DNA from: Nitrospirota bacterium
Lineage (GTDB): Bacteria; Nitrospirota; Thermodesulfovibrionia; Thermodesulfovibrionales; Dissulfurispiraceae
DNA length: 17,535 bases
Direction of reading: 5' to 3'
NCBI GenBank assembly: GCA_040758355.1
Contig: JBFLWF010000037.1
Span: 1 to 17,535 of the forward strand
Below the pieces are notes generated by a model, which ran no database searches, was not told the DNA's origin, and worked only from the letters and a program-made list of their open reading frames with translations. A program made the translations under genes and the position numbers. Of the stretch, positions 1 to 9,952 are shown one piece after another (the stretch's first letter is position 1; every line of letters starts with the position of its first letter).

Positions 1-10
1 AGGAGGAGTT

Positions 11-1210
11 ATGGCCAAGGCAAAATTTGAGAGGGTAAAGCCGCATGTAAACGTGGGAACCATAGGGCACGTTGACCATGGAAAGACCACATTGACAGCA
101 GCAATAACCAAGGTATTGGCAATAAAAGGACTTGCCCAGTACAGGGCATACGACCAGATAGACAACGCACCCGAAGAAAGGGCAAGGGGAATTACCATAG
201 CAACAGCCCACGTAGAATACGAAACAAACAAGAGGCACTATGCCCATGTGGACTGCCCAGGACACGCAGACTACGTAAAGAACATGATAACCGGAGCAGC
301 CCAGATGGACGGGGCAATACTCGTAGTCAGCGCAGCAGACGGCCCAATGCCCCAGACAAGGGAGCACATACTCCTTGCAAGGCAGGTAGGAGTGCCGTAC
401 ATAGTAGTATTCATGAACAAAGTCGACATGGTGGACGACCCCGAACTCCTTGACCTCGTAGAACTCGAAGTAAGGGAACTGCTCAGCAAATACGGATTTC
501 CCGGGAACGACATACCAATAGTCAAGGGAAGTGCACTAAAAGCAATGGAAAGCACAAGCAACGACCCCAATACAGAAGAATACAAATGCATACATGAGCT
601 CATGGACGCTGTGGACAGCTACGTGCCCACACCCGAGAGGCCCATAGACAAACCATTCCTCATGCCGATAGAAGACGTATTCACAATCTCGGGCCGCGGA
701 ACAGTCGTCACAGGAAGAGTAGAAAGAGGAATAGTCAAAGTAGGAGAAGAAGTAGAGATAGTTGGACTGAGAGAGACTAGGAAGACAGTAGCAACCGGAG
801 TAGAGATGTTCAGGAAACTCCTTGACGAAGGCCGAGCAGGAGACAACATAGGAGTACTACTGAGGGGAATAGGGAAAGAAGAAGTGGAGCGCGGGATGGT
901 ACTTGCAAAACCCGGAAGCATAACCCCGCACACAAAGTTCAAGGCAGAGGCATACGTATTGACAAAAGAAGAAGGAGGAAGGCACACGCCATTCTTCAAC
1001 GGATACAGACCGCAGTTTTACTTCAGGACGACAGACGTAACAGGAGTAGCGCACCTTCCTGAGGGAGTAGAGATGGTAATGCCCGGAGACAATATAACCG
1101 TAACAGTGGAACTGATAGCACCTATAGCCATGGAGAAGGAACTGAGGTTCGCAATAAGGGAAGGCGGAAGGACAGTAGGTGCTGGGGTTGTTACTGAGGT
1201 GTTGGAGTAG
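11..1210 (+). CDS. tuf: Elongation factor Tu
   Basis: [10 protein letters not shown]-loop, [20 protein letters not shown]-terminal [21 protein letters not shown] at 1-6. Confidence 0.99.
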   Translation: MAKAKFERVKPHVNVGTIGHVDHGKTTLTAAITKVLAIKGLAQYRAYDQIDNAPEERARGITIATAHVEYETNKRHYAHVDCPGHADYVKNMITGAAQMDGAILVVSAADGPMPQTREHILLARQVGVPYIVVFMNKVDMVDDPELLDLVELEVRELLSKYGFPGNDIPIVKGSALKAMESTSNDPNTEEYKCIHELMDAVDSYVPTPERPIDKPFLMPIEDVFTISGRGTVVTGRVERGIVKVGEEVEIVGLRETRKTVATGVEMFRKLLDEGRAGDNIGVLLRGIGKEEVERGMVLAKPGSITPHTKFKAEAYVLTKEEGGRHTPFFNGYRPQFYFRTTDVTGVAHLPEGVEMVMPGDNITVTVELIAPIAMEKELRFAIREGGRTVGAGVVTEVLE

Positions 1211-1214
1211 AAAG

Positions 1215-1520
1215 GTGAACCAAAAGATCAGGATAAAATTAAAGGCTTACGACCACAGATTGCTGGACCAGTCTGTAAAGGAGATAGTGGATACAGCACA
1301 GAGGACGGGTGCGCGGATTGCGGGTCCCATACCTCTGCCGACGAGGATAAGCAAGTTTACTGTCCTGAGGTCGCCCCATGTGGATAAAAAGTCCAGGGAG
1401 CAGTTCGAGATAAGGACTCATAAAAGGCTTATAGATATATATGATCCAACCCCCGATACTGTCGATGCATTAATGAAGCTTGAACTCGCTTCAGGGGTAG
1501 ATGTGGAGATAAAGCTATGA
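1215..1520 (+). CDS. rpsJ: 30S ribosomal protein S10
   Basis: [15 protein letters not shown] and [14 protein letters not shown] motifs; start moved from 1179 to the GTG at 1215 (GGAG at 1204-1207, no tuf overlap). Confidence 0.98.
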   Translation: MNQKIRIKLKAYDHRLLDQSVKEIVDTAQRTGARIAGPIPLPTRISKFTVLRSPHVDKKSREQFEIRTHKRLIDIYDPTPDTVDALMKLELASGVDVEIKL

Positions 1521-2128
1521 CAGGTATTTTAGGCAAAAAGCTCGGCATGACACAGATATCTACAGAGGACGGCAGGCTCGTGCCTGTTACGGTAATAGAG
1601 GCAGGGCCGTGCTGCGTGGTTCAGGTCAAGACACCGGATAAGGACGGATACGAGGCCGTAAAGATCGGTTTTATCGAGGCAAGAAAAGAAAAGAATGTGA
1701 CCAAACCCCTCGCAGGCGTCTTTAAAAAGGCAGGAACACCGCTGTTCAGGATATTAAAGGAGTTCCATATTTCAGGTCTGCAGGTGGGAGATATGATCAA
1801 GGCCAACAGCTTTAGCAAAGGCGATAAGGTAACGGTCTCAGGAATATCAAAGGGCAAGGGATTTCAGGGCGTCATGAAGAGGCATAGATTTAAAGGTGGC
1901 CCGGATTCACACGGCTCCATGTTTAACAGGGCGCCGGGTTCCATTGGTGCAAGTTCATTCCCTTCAAGGGTTTGGAGGGGGCAGAGGATGGCAGGACACA
2001 TGGGCAGCGATAAGGTTACAATGAGAAACCTCACCGTCATCGATGTCCGTCCTGAGCAGAATCTCATACTTATAAAGGGTGCTGTGCCGGGAGCTACAAA
2101 CTCGATCGTAGAGATAAGGAAGGCTTAA
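1517..2128 (+). CDS. rplC: 50S ribosomal protein L3
   Basis: [34 protein letters not shown] overlap with rpsJ. Confidence 0.98.
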   Translation: MTGILGKKLGMTQISTEDGRLVPVTVIEAGPCCVVQVKTPDKDGYEAVKIGFIEARKEKNVTKPLAGVFKKAGTPLFRILKEFHISGLQVGDMIKANSFSKGDKVTVSGISKGKGFQGVMKRHRFKGGPDSHGSMFNRAPGSIGASSFPSRVWRGQRMAGHMGSDKVTMRNLTVIDVRPEQNLILIKGAVPGATNSIVEIRKA

Positions 2129-2156
2129 ATACAGGCCCAAAAATATGGAGAATGAC

Positions 2157-2804
2157 ATGTTTGAGATAGAGGTTAAAGACATAAATAACAATGCAAAAGG
2201 CAAAATAACCCTTTCAGAAGCAGTATTCAACAGCACTGCTTCAGAAGCGGTGGTGCATAGCGCTGTTGTAAGCTATCTCGCAAACCAGAGGCAGGGAACC
2301 CATGCCACAAAGACGGTCAGCATGGTTAGCGGCGGCGGCAAGAAGCCCTGGAAACAGAAGAAGACAGGAAGGGCAAGGCACGGCAGCATAAGGTCTCCAA
2401 TCTGGAGAGGCGGCGGTATTGCATTCGGGCCTCAGCCCCGCGACTACTCCGTCAATCTGCCGAAGAATATGAGAAAGGCCGCATTATACAAGGCCCTGAC
2501 AATGAAGCTATCTGACGGAGAGATAGCTGTGGTCGACTCCATCTCTATGGATAAGCCGAAGACAAAGGACATGGTCAGGATTTTAAGGAATATAGGGTTG
2601 TCTGAAAAGACAGTGCTTATAGTTCTTTCGGAGAAGGATGAAAATATAATGCTTTCTGTCAAGAACATTCCGACGGCAGATGTTGTCAGGGTGTCGGACC
2701 TTAATGCCTATCAGGTGGCAGCGTTTGACTGTGTTCTTTTTACCGCAGACGCCATATCAAAGCTGCAGTCCAATTTGGAGGTTAAGGCGGAGGTGGCTGT
2801 ATGA
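2157..2804 (+). CDS. rplD: 50S ribosomal protein L4
   Basis: RQGTHATKT, GGGKKPWKQKKTGRARHGS, WRGGG; ATG 2157 preferred over 2145 because GGAG lies at 2147-2150. Confidence 0.97.
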   Translation: MFEIEVKDINNNAKGKITLSEAVFNSTASEAVVHSAVVSYLANQRQGTHATKTVSMVSGGGKKPWKQKKTGRARHGSIRSPIWRGGGIAFGPQPRDYSVNLPKNMRKAALYKALTMKLSDGEIAVVDSISMDKPKTKDMVRILRNIGLSEKTVLIVLSEKDENIMLSVKNIPTADVVRVSDLNAYQVAAFDCVLFTADAISKLQSNLEVKAEVAV

Positions 2805-3088
2805 AGATAATTTACGATGTAATCAAAAGGCCTCTTTTTACTGAAAAGGGCATGGACATAAAGGAGAGGGAGAACAAGGTCCTCTTAGAGGTAAATCCCG
2901 ACTCGAACAAGCACGAGATTAAAAAGGCTGTGGAAGAGGTATTCAAGGTAAAGGTTGCAAAGGTGGCAACAATCAATGAAAAGGGCAAGATGAAGAGGTT
3001 CGGGAGGTCGGTAGGCAAGACCCCGGACAGGAAGAAGGCAATAATAACGTTAAAGAAGGGCGAAAAGCTCGATTTCATCGAGGCCTAA
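2801..3088 (+). CDS. rplW: 50S ribosomal protein L23
   Basis: PLFTEK, KHEIKKAVEEVFKVKV, KKAIITL; operon position. Confidence 0.97.
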   Translation: MKIIYDVIKRPLFTEKGMDIKERENKVLLEVNPDSNKHEIKKAVEEVFKVKVAKVATINEKGKMKRFGRSVGKTPDRKKAIITLKKGEKLDFIEA

Positions 3089-3103
3089 AAGGAAGAGAGA
3101 AAA

Positions 3104-3922
3104 ATGGGTATAAGGAAATATAATCCGACATCGCCTGGAAGGAGATTCCAGAGTTCATCAGACTACAAGGACATAACAGCCGACAGTCCCTATAAGCCGC
3201 TTTCAGCGCCTTTAAGGAAGACAGGCGGAAGGAACAATAAAGGACAGGTTACAGTATGGCAGAGGGGCGGAGGAAACAAGCGCATATACAGGATGATAGA
3301 TTTTAACCGCGAAAAGATAGGCATGCCGGCTGTTGTTAAGACAATAGAGTATGATCCCAACAGGTCTGCACGCATAGCACTTCTCAAGTACAGGGACGGC
3401 GAGCACAGGTATATACTTGCACCTGTGGGGCTTGGTGTCGGAGATACAGTAATGACAGGCCCTGATGCAGAGATAAAGCCGGGAAATGCAATGCCGATAA
3501 ATGCCATTCCCCTCGGCACAATGATTCACAACATAGAGTTAAATCCCGGACAGGGTGCAAAGCTCGTAAGGACTGCCGGCGCAGCCGCCCAGATTGTCGC
3601 AAAGGAAGGCAAGTTCGCGCAGATAAAGATGCCTTCTGGAGAAGTGAGAATAGTCATGACCTCATGCATGGCAACCATCGGGCAGGTCGGAAATGTCGAG
3701 CATGAGAATGTCACATACGGCAAGGCAGGGAGAAAAAGATATCTGGGCAAGAGGCCCCATGTCAGGGGCGTTGCCATGAACCCTATAGACCATCCATTGG
3801 GTGGTGGCGAAGGCAAGTCTTCAGGAGGCAGGCCCGCATGCTCTCCATGGGGCAAGCCGGAAGGCGTCAAGACAAGGCGTAACAAAAGAACAGACAAGTT
3901 TATAGTAAAGAGAAGGAAGTAA
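3104..3922 (+). CDS. rplB: 50S ribosomal protein L2
   Basis: [34 protein letters not shown]. Confidence 0.99.
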   Translation: MGIRKYNPTSPGRRFQSSSDYKDITADSPYKPLSAPLRKTGGRNNKGQVTVWQRGGGNKRIYRMIDFNREKIGMPAVVKTIEYDPNRSARIALLKYRDGEHRYILAPVGLGVGDTVMTGPDAEIKPGNAMPINAIPLGTMIHNIELNPGQGAKLVRTAGAAAQIVAKEGKFAQIKMPSGEVRIVMTSCMATIGQVGNVEHENVTYGKAGRKRYLGKRPHVRGVAMNPIDHPLGGGEGKSSGGRPACSPWGKPEGVKTRRNKRTDKFIVKRRK

Positions 3923-3933
3923 AGGAGGAATAA

Positions 3934-4218
3934 GTGCCGAGATCCTTAAAAAAAGGGCCTTATGTGGAGCCAAAACTGATGAAGAAGGTAGAGACCATGA
4001 TCGAAACCGGGGACAAGAAGATGATAAAGACATGGTCAAGGAGATCCACTGTAATGCCTGAATTCATAGGCTTTACCTTTGCAGTGCATAACGGAAGGAA
4101 ATTTATACCCGTGTATGTCTCTGAAAATATGGTAGGACATAAACTTGGTGAGTTTGCACCAACAAAGACATTCAAAGGACATGCACGATCAGAAAAGACA
4201 ACATCGGTGAAGGGCTAA
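3934..4218 (+). CDS. rpsS: 30S ribosomal protein S19
   Basis: [28 protein letters not shown] start after AGGAGG. Confidence 0.98.
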   Translation: MPRSLKKGPYVEPKLMKKVETMIETGDKKMIKTWSRRSTVMPEFIGFTFAVHNGRKFIPVYVSENMVGHKLGEFAPTKTFKGHARSEKTTSVKG

Positions 4219-4232
4219 TAGAGGATAATGAT

Positions 4233-4568
4233 ATGGAATCAAGGGCAATTTTGAAATATGCAAAGATTACGCCGAGGAAGGCGAGAAGGGTTATAGACCT
4301 CATAAGGGGCAAAAGGGCTTCTGATGCGCTTGTATCACTCAGATATATGCCATATAGGGGTGCCCGGGATGTTGCAAAGCTTTTAAAGTCTGCAATGGCA
4401 AATGCAGAGCAAAAAAACAGCCATGTGGATATCGATAAATTAAGGATAAAGACAGCCCTTGTCGATCAGGGGCCTGTTATGAAGCGGATGGAACCCCGTG
4501 CCATGGGCAGGGCAAATGTGATTAAGAAGAGAACATCTCATATAACAATTATCCTGTCGGAGGAATAA
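4233..4568 (+). CDS. rplV: 50S ribosomal protein L22
   Basis: [36 protein letters not shown]. Confidence 0.98.
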   Translation: MESRAILKYAKITPRKARRVIDLIRGKRASDALVSLRYMPYRGARDVAKLLKSAMANAEQKNSHVDIDKLRIKTALVDQGPVMKRMEPRAMGRANVIKKRTSHITIILSEE

Positions 4569-5224
4569 TGGGCCAGAAGACGAATCCAATAGGCAACAGA
4601 ATAGGAATAATAAGGACGTGGGAGTCCCGGTGGTTCCAGAAAAAAGGCTACGCAGGCAGCCTTATTGAGGACATAAATGTACGCAATATGATTAAAGAGA
4701 AATTATTCCACGCAGGCGTTTCGAAGATAGAGATAGAGAGGCCGGGCCAGAAACTGAAGATTATAATATATACGGCAAGACCCGGAATAATAATAGGAAA
4801 GAAGGGCGCTGAAGTAGAAAAGCTGAAAAAAGAAATAGAAGATATAACAGGCAAACAGGTTGCCATCGATATAAAAGAGGTAAGAAAGCCGGAAGTAAAT
4901 GCACAGCTCGTTGCAGAAAATATAGCGCTGCAGCTCGAAAAGAGGGTTGCATTCAGAAGGGCATTAAAGCGTGCAGTATCCTCTGCCCAGAGGTTCGGTG
5001 CACTTGGAATAAAGGTTCAGTGCTCCGGAAGGCTTGCAGGCGCCGAAATAGCACGGTCCGAGTGGTACAGGGAGGGAAGGGTTCCCCTCAGCACATTCAG
5101 GGCAGATGTGGATTACGGCTTTGCAGAGTCGAGGACAACCTACGGCAAGATAGGCATAAAGGTCTGGATATACCACGGCGATGTGCTCCCGGAGCAATCA
5201 GGAACTTCGCCATTAGGAGAGTAA
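4568..5224 (+). CDS. rpsC: 30S ribosomal protein S3
   Basis: [39 protein letters not shown] overlap with rplV. Confidence 0.98.
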   Translation: MGQKTNPIGNRIGIIRTWESRWFQKKGYAGSLIEDINVRNMIKEKLFHAGVSKIEIERPGQKLKIIIYTARPGIIIGKKGAEVEKLKKEIEDITGKQVAIDIKEVRKPEVNAQLVAENIALQLEKRVAFRRALKRAVSSAQRFGALGIKVQCSGRLAGAEIARSEWYREGRVPLSTFRADVDYGFAESRTTYGKIGIKVWIYHGDVLPEQSGTSPLGE

Positions 5225-5227
5225 TAC

Positions 5228-5647
5228 ATGTTAGCGCCTAAGAAAGTTAAATTCAGAAAGATGATGAAGGGCAATATGAACGGCAAGGCTTACAGGGGAG
5301 CCGATGTGTCCTTCGGCGAGTTCGGCATAAAGGCTATGGAGCCGGGCTGGATAACAAGCCGCCAGATAGAGGCTGCTAGGGTTGCCATAACAAGGCATGC
5401 CAAAAAGGGCTGCAAGGTCTGGATAAGGATATTCCCTGACAAGCCCATAACCAAGAAGCCTGCTGAGACAAGGATGGGTAAGGGAAAGGGCAATCCCGAA
5501 TACTGGGTTGCCGTTATAAAGCCCGGAAGGATACTGTATGAAGTATCTGGAATCAGCGAAGAGGTGGCAAAGGAGGCATTCATACGCGCCTCTCGGAAGC
5601 TGCCGGTTGCAACAAAATTCGTAAAGAGAGAGGAGGCTGTATCATGA
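5228..5647 (+). CDS. rplP: 50S ribosomal protein L16
   Basis: [33 protein letters not shown]. Confidence 0.98.
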   Translation: MLAPKKVKFRKMMKGNMNGKAYRGADVSFGEFGIKAMEPGWITSRQIEAARVAITRHAKKGCKVWIRIFPDKPITKKPAETRMGKGKGNPEYWVAVIKPGRILYEVSGISEEVAKEAFIRASRKLPVATKFVKREEAVS

Positions 5648-5838
5648 AGCCCTCCGAGATCAGAGGACTTTCAATAGAGGAATTAAAGCAGAAAGAGATG
5701 GACTTGAGAAAGGAACTGTTCAACCTGAGGTTTCAGCTTTCAAAGGGAGAGCTGGCAAACAATATGAGGGTGCGTGCAGTTCGCAAGGATATAGCACGAG
5801 TACTTACTGTAATGACGCAAAAACAAAAAGGGGTATAG
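5644..5838 (+). CDS. rpmC: 50S ribosomal protein L29
   Basis: [25 protein letters not shown] overlap with rplP. Confidence 0.97.
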   Translation: MKPSEIRGLSIEELKQKEMDLRKELFNLRFQLSKGELANNMRVRAVRKDIARVLTVMTQKQKGV

Positions 5839-5841
5839 GAA

Positions 5842-6090
5842 ATGCCTAAGAAGGTTTATACAGGTGAGGTAGTGAGCGATAAGATGGACAAGACCGTGGT
5901 TGTCGCCGTAACAAGGACATTCCAGCATCCATTATATAAAAAGACGGTTAAGAAGATTACCAAGTTCAAGGCGCACGACGAAGAAAATAAATGCAAGGCT
6001 GGAGATACGGTTCAGATAATCGAGAGCAGGCCGATGAGCAAGGATAAAAGGTGGCAGGTAATCAAAATAGTTGAAGGCGAGGGCAGATAG
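5842..6090 (+). CDS. rpsQ: 30S ribosomal protein S17
   Basis: [31 protein letters not shown]. Confidence 0.98.
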   Translation: MPKKVYTGEVVSDKMDKTVVVAVTRTFQHPLYKKTVKKITKFKAHDEENKCKAGDTVQIIESRPMSKDKRWQVIKIVEGEGR

Positions 6091-6092
6091 AT

Positions 6093-6461
6093 ATGATACA
6101 GCCGAGGAGCATTCTTGAAGTAGCAGACAACTCAGGAGCCAAAAGGGTCCAGTGCATAAGGGTGCTTGGTGGTTCTAACAGGAGATATGCGAGGCTCGGC
6201 GACATCATTGTCGTGAGCGTGAAAGAGGCTATTCCGGAAGGTAATATAAAGAAGGGTGCAAAGGCAAAGGCCGTTGTTGTCAGAACAAGGAAAGAAGCAA
6301 GGAGACCTGACGGCTCGTACATAAGATTTGACCAGAATGCAGTCGTTCTTATAAATAACCAGATGGAGCCCATAGGAACGAGAATATTTGGTCCGGTTGC
6401 AAGGGAACTGAGATGGAAAGAATTTATGAAGATCATATCCCTTGCCCCGGAGGTTCTGTAG
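6093..6461 (+). CDS. rplN: 50S ribosomal protein L14
   Basis: [30 protein letters not shown]. Confidence 0.99.
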   Translation: MIQPRSILEVADNSGAKRVQCIRVLGGSNRRYARLGDIIVVSVKEAIPEGNIKKGAKAKAVVVRTRKEARRPDGSYIRFDQNAVVLINNQMEPIGTRIFGPVARELRWKEFMKIISLAPEVL

Positions 6462-6470
6462 GAGGATAAG

Positions 6471-6788
6471 GTGGGTTTAAGGATTAAAAAAGGCGATACG
6501 GCACTCGTTATAGCAGGAAAGAACAAGGGAAAGAGCGGAAGGGTGCTTTCTGTCCTGCCGACAAAGGAGCGTGTTATTGTTGAAGGCTTAAACATCGTAA
6601 AGAAACATATGAAGCCGGGCAAGCAATATACACAGGGCGGGATAATCGAGAAAGAGGCACCGATACATATATCCAATGTCATGCTTATGTGCCCGAAATG
6701 CAATAAGCCCACAAGGATAGGCAGTACGGTATATGACGACGGAAGGAAACTGAGGACATGCAAGAAGTGCAAGGAGGTCATAGACTGA
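6471..6788 (+). CDS. rplX: 50S ribosomal protein L24
   Basis: [19 protein letters not shown] motif, EAPIHISNV; carries CPKC and CKKC; GTG start. Confidence 0.98.
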   Translation: MGLRIKKGDTALVIAGKNKGKSGRVLSVLPTKERVIVEGLNIVKKHMKPGKQYTQGGIIEKEAPIHISNVMLMCPKCNKPTRIGSTVYDDGRKLRTCKKCKEVID

Positions 6789-6790
6789 TA

Positions 6791-7333
6791 ATGGCACCCA
6801 GGCTGAAGGAAAAATATACAAAAGAGATTGTGCCGGCAATAATGAAGGAGTTCTCATATAAAAGCATTATGCAGGTTCCGAGGCTCGAAAAGGTTGTGGT
6901 TCACGTTACCCTCGGAGAGGCAACACAGAATATAAAGCTCCTCGATGCTGCGGAAAGGGAACTTGCAGCAATTACGGGCCAGAAGGCGCTTGTAACAAAG
7001 TCAAAGAAGGCAATAGCAGGCTTTAAACTGAAGAAGGGAGTTCCCCTTGGATGCAAGGTTACCCTGAGGGGCGAGAGGATGTATGAATTCTTAGACAGGC
7101 TCATCAGCCTTGCATTGCCGAGGATAAGGGATTTTAAGGGACTTTCCGGGAAGTCCTTTGACGGCAAAGGCAATTATACCTTCGGCCTTAAGGAGCAGTA
7201 TATATTCCCTGAGATAGACTATGATAAGGTCGAAATGGTGCATGGTCTTGACATCACCATATGCACCACCGCAAAAACAGACGAAGAGTGCAAGGCATTG
7301 CTGAGGCAATTTGGAATGCCTTTTAGAAGGTAA
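6791..7333 (+). CDS. rplE: 50S ribosomal protein L5
   Basis: [30 protein letters not shown]; start moved from 6758 to ATG 6791 (GGAGG within the rplX 3' end). Confidence 0.98.
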   Translation: MAPRLKEKYTKEIVPAIMKEFSYKSIMQVPRLEKVVVHVTLGEATQNIKLLDAAERELAAITGQKALVTKSKKAIAGFKLKKGVPLGCKVTLRGERMYEFLDRLISLALPRIRDFKGLSGKSFDGKGNYTFGLKEQYIFPEIDYDKVEMVHGLDITICTTAKTDEECKALLRQFGMPFRR

Positions 7334-7344
7334 AGGAGGACTTT

Positions 7345-7530
7345 GTGGCAAAAACATGCATGATCGAGAAGTCTAAAAGACCGCCAAAATTCAGGGTAAG
7401 GGCTCACAATAGATGCAAGGTATGCGGCAGGCCAAAGGCATATATAAGGAAGTTCGGCCTTTGTAGAATTTGTTTCAGGACACTTGCCCTTAAGGGACAG
7501 ATACCCGGGGTAACAAAATCAAGCTGGTAA
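7345..7530 (+). CDS. rpsN: 30S ribosomal protein S14, short zinc-binding (type Z) form
   Basis: 61 aa, RCKVCGRP and LCRICFR Cys pairs, ends [11 protein letters not shown] start. Confidence 0.97.
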   Translation: MAKTCMIEKSKRPPKFRVRAHNRCKVCGRPKAYIRKFGLCRICFRTLALKGQIPGVTKSSW

Positions 7531-7560
7531 GACTAAGGAATTAAGGAGTAAGGAGGATAG

Positions 7561-7956
7561 ATGCTCACTGATCCAATTTCAGACATGCTGACGCGAATGA
7601 GGAATGCGATTCTCATAAAGAGCGAAAAGGTTGATATACCTGCTTCCAAGATGAAGGTTGAGATAGCAAAGATATTAAAGGAAGAGGGGTTCATAAAGTC
7701 CTATAAGATCATCAAGGATAAAAAACAGGGCATTTTAAGGGTGACCCTTAAATATACTTCTGAAAACGAGCCTGTGGTATCAGGGCTCAAGAGGATAAGC
7801 AAACCCGGAAGAAGGGTTTATGTTGGAAAGAGCGACGTGCCGCGGGTAATGGGCGGGGTCGGAATTGCAATTATCACAACGCCGAAGGGCATATTGAGCG
7901 ACAAGGGATGCCGGAATGAAGGCGTTGGCGGCGAAGTGCTGTGCTATGTATGGTAA
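7561..7956 (+). CDS. rpsH: 30S ribosomal protein S8
   Basis: [33 protein letters not shown]. Confidence 0.98.
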   Translation: MLTDPISDMLTRMRNAILIKSEKVDIPASKMKVEIAKILKEEGFIKSYKIIKDKKQGILRVTLKYTSENEPVVSGLKRISKPGRRVYVGKSDVPRVMGGVGIAIITTPKGILSDKGCRNEGVGGEVLCYVW

Positions 7957-7959
7957 AAA

Positions 7960-7980
7960 AGGCAATAGGCAATAGGCAAA
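7960..7980. repeat. Three tandem heptamers in the rpsH-rplF spacer
   Basis: AGGCAAT AGGCAAT AGGCAAA, running into the AGGAG SD. Confidence 0.75.
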
Positions 7981-7991
7981 AGGAGAGATAG

Positions 7992-8534
7992 ATGTCGAGG
8001 ATAGGCAAACAACCCGTAGATATACCTCAGGGTGTAAATGTAGAGCTCAAGAATGATATGGTCAAGGTAAAAGGCCCGAAGGGCGAACTCAGTTACTCCC
8101 TCCCTGAAGGCATTAAGGCCTCCCTTACAGACAGCAAGCTCCTGTTAGAAAGAGGCTCGGATACAAAGGTGGACAGGGCGCTCCATGGACTTGCACGCAG
8201 CTTGCTATCCAATATGGTGAATGGCGTTTCAAGAGGATATGAAAGGGTGCTTGAAATAACCGGTATCGGCTACAGGGCACAGGTGAAGGGCAATAAGATT
8301 GTATTTACACTCGGCTACTCCCATCCTGTTGAATTTGAGTTGCCTGCCGGTGTTAGCGCAAAGGTTGACGAAAAACAGACGACAATTACCCTCAGCGGTA
8401 TTGACAAGCAGCTTTTGGGGCAGGTTGCGGCGAACATTAAAGAACTCAGGGCGCCCGATGCTTACAAGGGCAAAGGCATCAGGTATGCAGGCGAGAGGAT
8501 CAAGCTGAAGGCCGGTAAGACAGGCAAGAAATAG
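7992..8534 (+). CDS. rplF: 50S ribosomal protein L6
   Basis: MSRIGKQP, VKGPKGEL, LGYSHP, PDAYKGKGIRY. Confidence 0.98.
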   Translation: MSRIGKQPVDIPQGVNVELKNDMVKVKGPKGELSYSLPEGIKASLTDSKLLLERGSDTKVDRALHGLARSLLSNMVNGVSRGYERVLEITGIGYRAQVKGNKIVFTLGYSHPVEFELPAGVSAKVDEKQTTITLSGIDKQLLGQVAANIKELRAPDAYKGKGIRYAGERIKLKAGKTGKK

Positions 8535-8560
8535 AGGCATAGGAGTACAGGAGGAGATTG

Positions 8561-8920
8561 GTGAATATTAAGGAACTGGCAAGGGAAAGAAGACATGCGA
8601 GGATAAGAAAAAGGGTATTCGGGACGGCTGAAAGACCGAGGCTCAGCGTCTTCAGAAGCCTTAACCATATATATGCCCAGATCATTGACGATACAAAAGG
8701 GCATACCGTTGCCTCTGTCTCAACCCTCGATAAGGAGATCAAGGAGGAGAAGGGACATAAAGGTAATGTGGCAATGGCCAAAAAGGCCGGTCAATTGCTT
8801 GCATCAAAGGCATCAAAGGCCGGAATAAAGAGTGTAGTATTTGACAGAGGCGGGTATAAATATCATGGCTGCATAAAGGCCCTTGCTGAAGCCGCAAGGG
8901 AAGGCGGACTGGAGTTTTAG
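8561..8920 (+). CDS. rplR: 50S ribosomal protein L18
   Basis: [43 protein letters not shown] 8561 fits SD spacing better than TTG 8558. Confidence 0.97.
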   Translation: MNIKELARERRHARIRKRVFGTAERPRLSVFRSLNHIYAQIIDDTKGHTVASVSTLDKEIKEEKGHKGNVAMAKKAGQLLASKASKAGIKSVVFDRGGYKYHGCIKALAEAAREGGLEF

Positions 8921-8926
8921 GAGGTT

Positions 8927-9451
8927 ATGGTGAAGAGTGAGAGGATCGACGCCGAGGGGCTTAGTTTAAAGGACAAGGTTGTGTACATAAACAGGGTTGC
9001 CAAGGTTGTGAAGGGCGGCAGGAGATTCTCCTTCAGCGCCCTCGTTGTGGTCGGAGACGAAAACGGCATCGTTGGCGTTGGCAAAGGCAAGGCAACAGAA
9101 GTTCCCGAGGCCATAAGAAAGGCCGTGGAACAGGCAAAGAAAAGACTCATGAGGTTCCCGTTGAAGGAAGGAACAATACCCCACAGGATTATCGGGCGGT
9201 ACGGCTCGAACTCTGTGGTCATGAATCCTGCAAAGAAGGGTACAGGGCTGATCGCAGGTGGTCCTGTCCGTGCTGTCTTTGAGGTGGCGGGAATACACGA
9301 CATCGTTGCAAAGTCTCTCGGCAGTCATAATCCGTTTAATGCCGTAAAGGCAACACTGGACGGGCTCGGCAGCCTGAAAAACCCCGATGCTGTTTTAAAG
9401 CTCAGGGGCAAATCAGAGGAAGAGCCTGCAGCAGAAGAGACGAACGAATAA
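8927..9451 (+). CDS. rpsE: 30S ribosomal protein S5
   Basis: [30 protein letters not shown]; true start may be GTG 8930 given the SD at 8919-8925. Confidence 0.98.
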   Translation: MVKSERIDAEGLSLKDKVVYINRVAKVVKGGRRFSFSALVVVGDENGIVGVGKGKATEVPEAIRKAVEQAKKRLMRFPLKEGTIPHRIIGRYGSNSVVMNPAKKGTGLIAGGPVRAVFEVAGIHDIVAKSLGSHNPFNAVKATLDGLGSLKNPDAVLKLRGKSEEEPAAEETNE

Positions 9452-9491
9452 CAGTAAGCAGAAGAAGGATAGGAGGTTAGAAAAGATAACC

Positions 9492-9950
9492 ATGAAGATA
9501 CAGGATTTAACTCCGGGAGGAGGCAGCAAAAGGCGGTCTAAGAGAATAGGTCGTGGCCCAGGCTCAGGACACGGAAAGACAGCCACAAAAGGGCATAAAG
9601 GACAGAAGTCCCGTTCCGGAGGCACAAAAGGTCCTTCCTTCGAGGGCGGTCAGACGCCTTTACAGAGGAGATTGCCCAAGAGGGGGTTTAAGAATGCTCC
9701 CTTTAAGAAGGTGTATGCGGTTTTAAATCTCAGTGATCTGGTAAAACTTGATATCGATACCATAACTCCCGAGGCGCTTTTAGAGAAGAGGGTTATAAAG
9801 GATTTAAAATATGGCATAAAGATACTCGGTGAAGGCACTGTAAACAAGCCATTGACCATAAAGGCCCATGCCTTTAGCGCTTCAGCAGTATCAAAGATAA
9901 ATGCTGCCGGCGGTAAGGCTGAAATACTTTCGCCTTCAAAGGTGCTTTAA
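9492..9950 (+). CDS. rplO: 50S ribosomal protein L15
   Basis: [30 protein letters not shown]. Confidence 0.98.
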   Translation: MKIQDLTPGGGSKRRSKRIGRGPGSGHGKTATKGHKGQKSRSGGTKGPSFEGGQTPLQRRLPKRGFKNAPFKKVYAVLNLSDLVKLDIDTITPEALLEKRVIKDLKYGIKILGEGTVNKPLTIKAHAFSASAVSKINAAGGKAEILSPSKVL

Positions 9951-9952
9951 CA

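Noticed and set aside
1179..1214. N-terminal extension of S10 in the ORF track
   Set aside because: Overlaps tuf; S10 homology begins at the GTG at 1215, which has an SD.
1211..1214. S10 leader or L4 attenuator between tuf and rpsJ
   Set aside because: The gap is only 4 nt, so there is no leader; direct tuf-rpsJ linkage is common.
2340..2390. L4 loop KQKKTGRAR in place of E. coli RQKGTGRAR as a macrolide-resistance allele
   Set aside because: This position varies naturally among phyla; resistance cannot be inferred from the sequence alone.
6062..6781. 239-aa minus-strand ORF spanning rplN and rplX
   Set aside because: rplN and rplX are in the same frame, so one antisense frame can stay open across both; no independent coding signal.
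6758..6790. N-terminal extension of L5 in the ORF track
   Set aside because: Overlaps rplX; L5 homology begins at ATG 6791.
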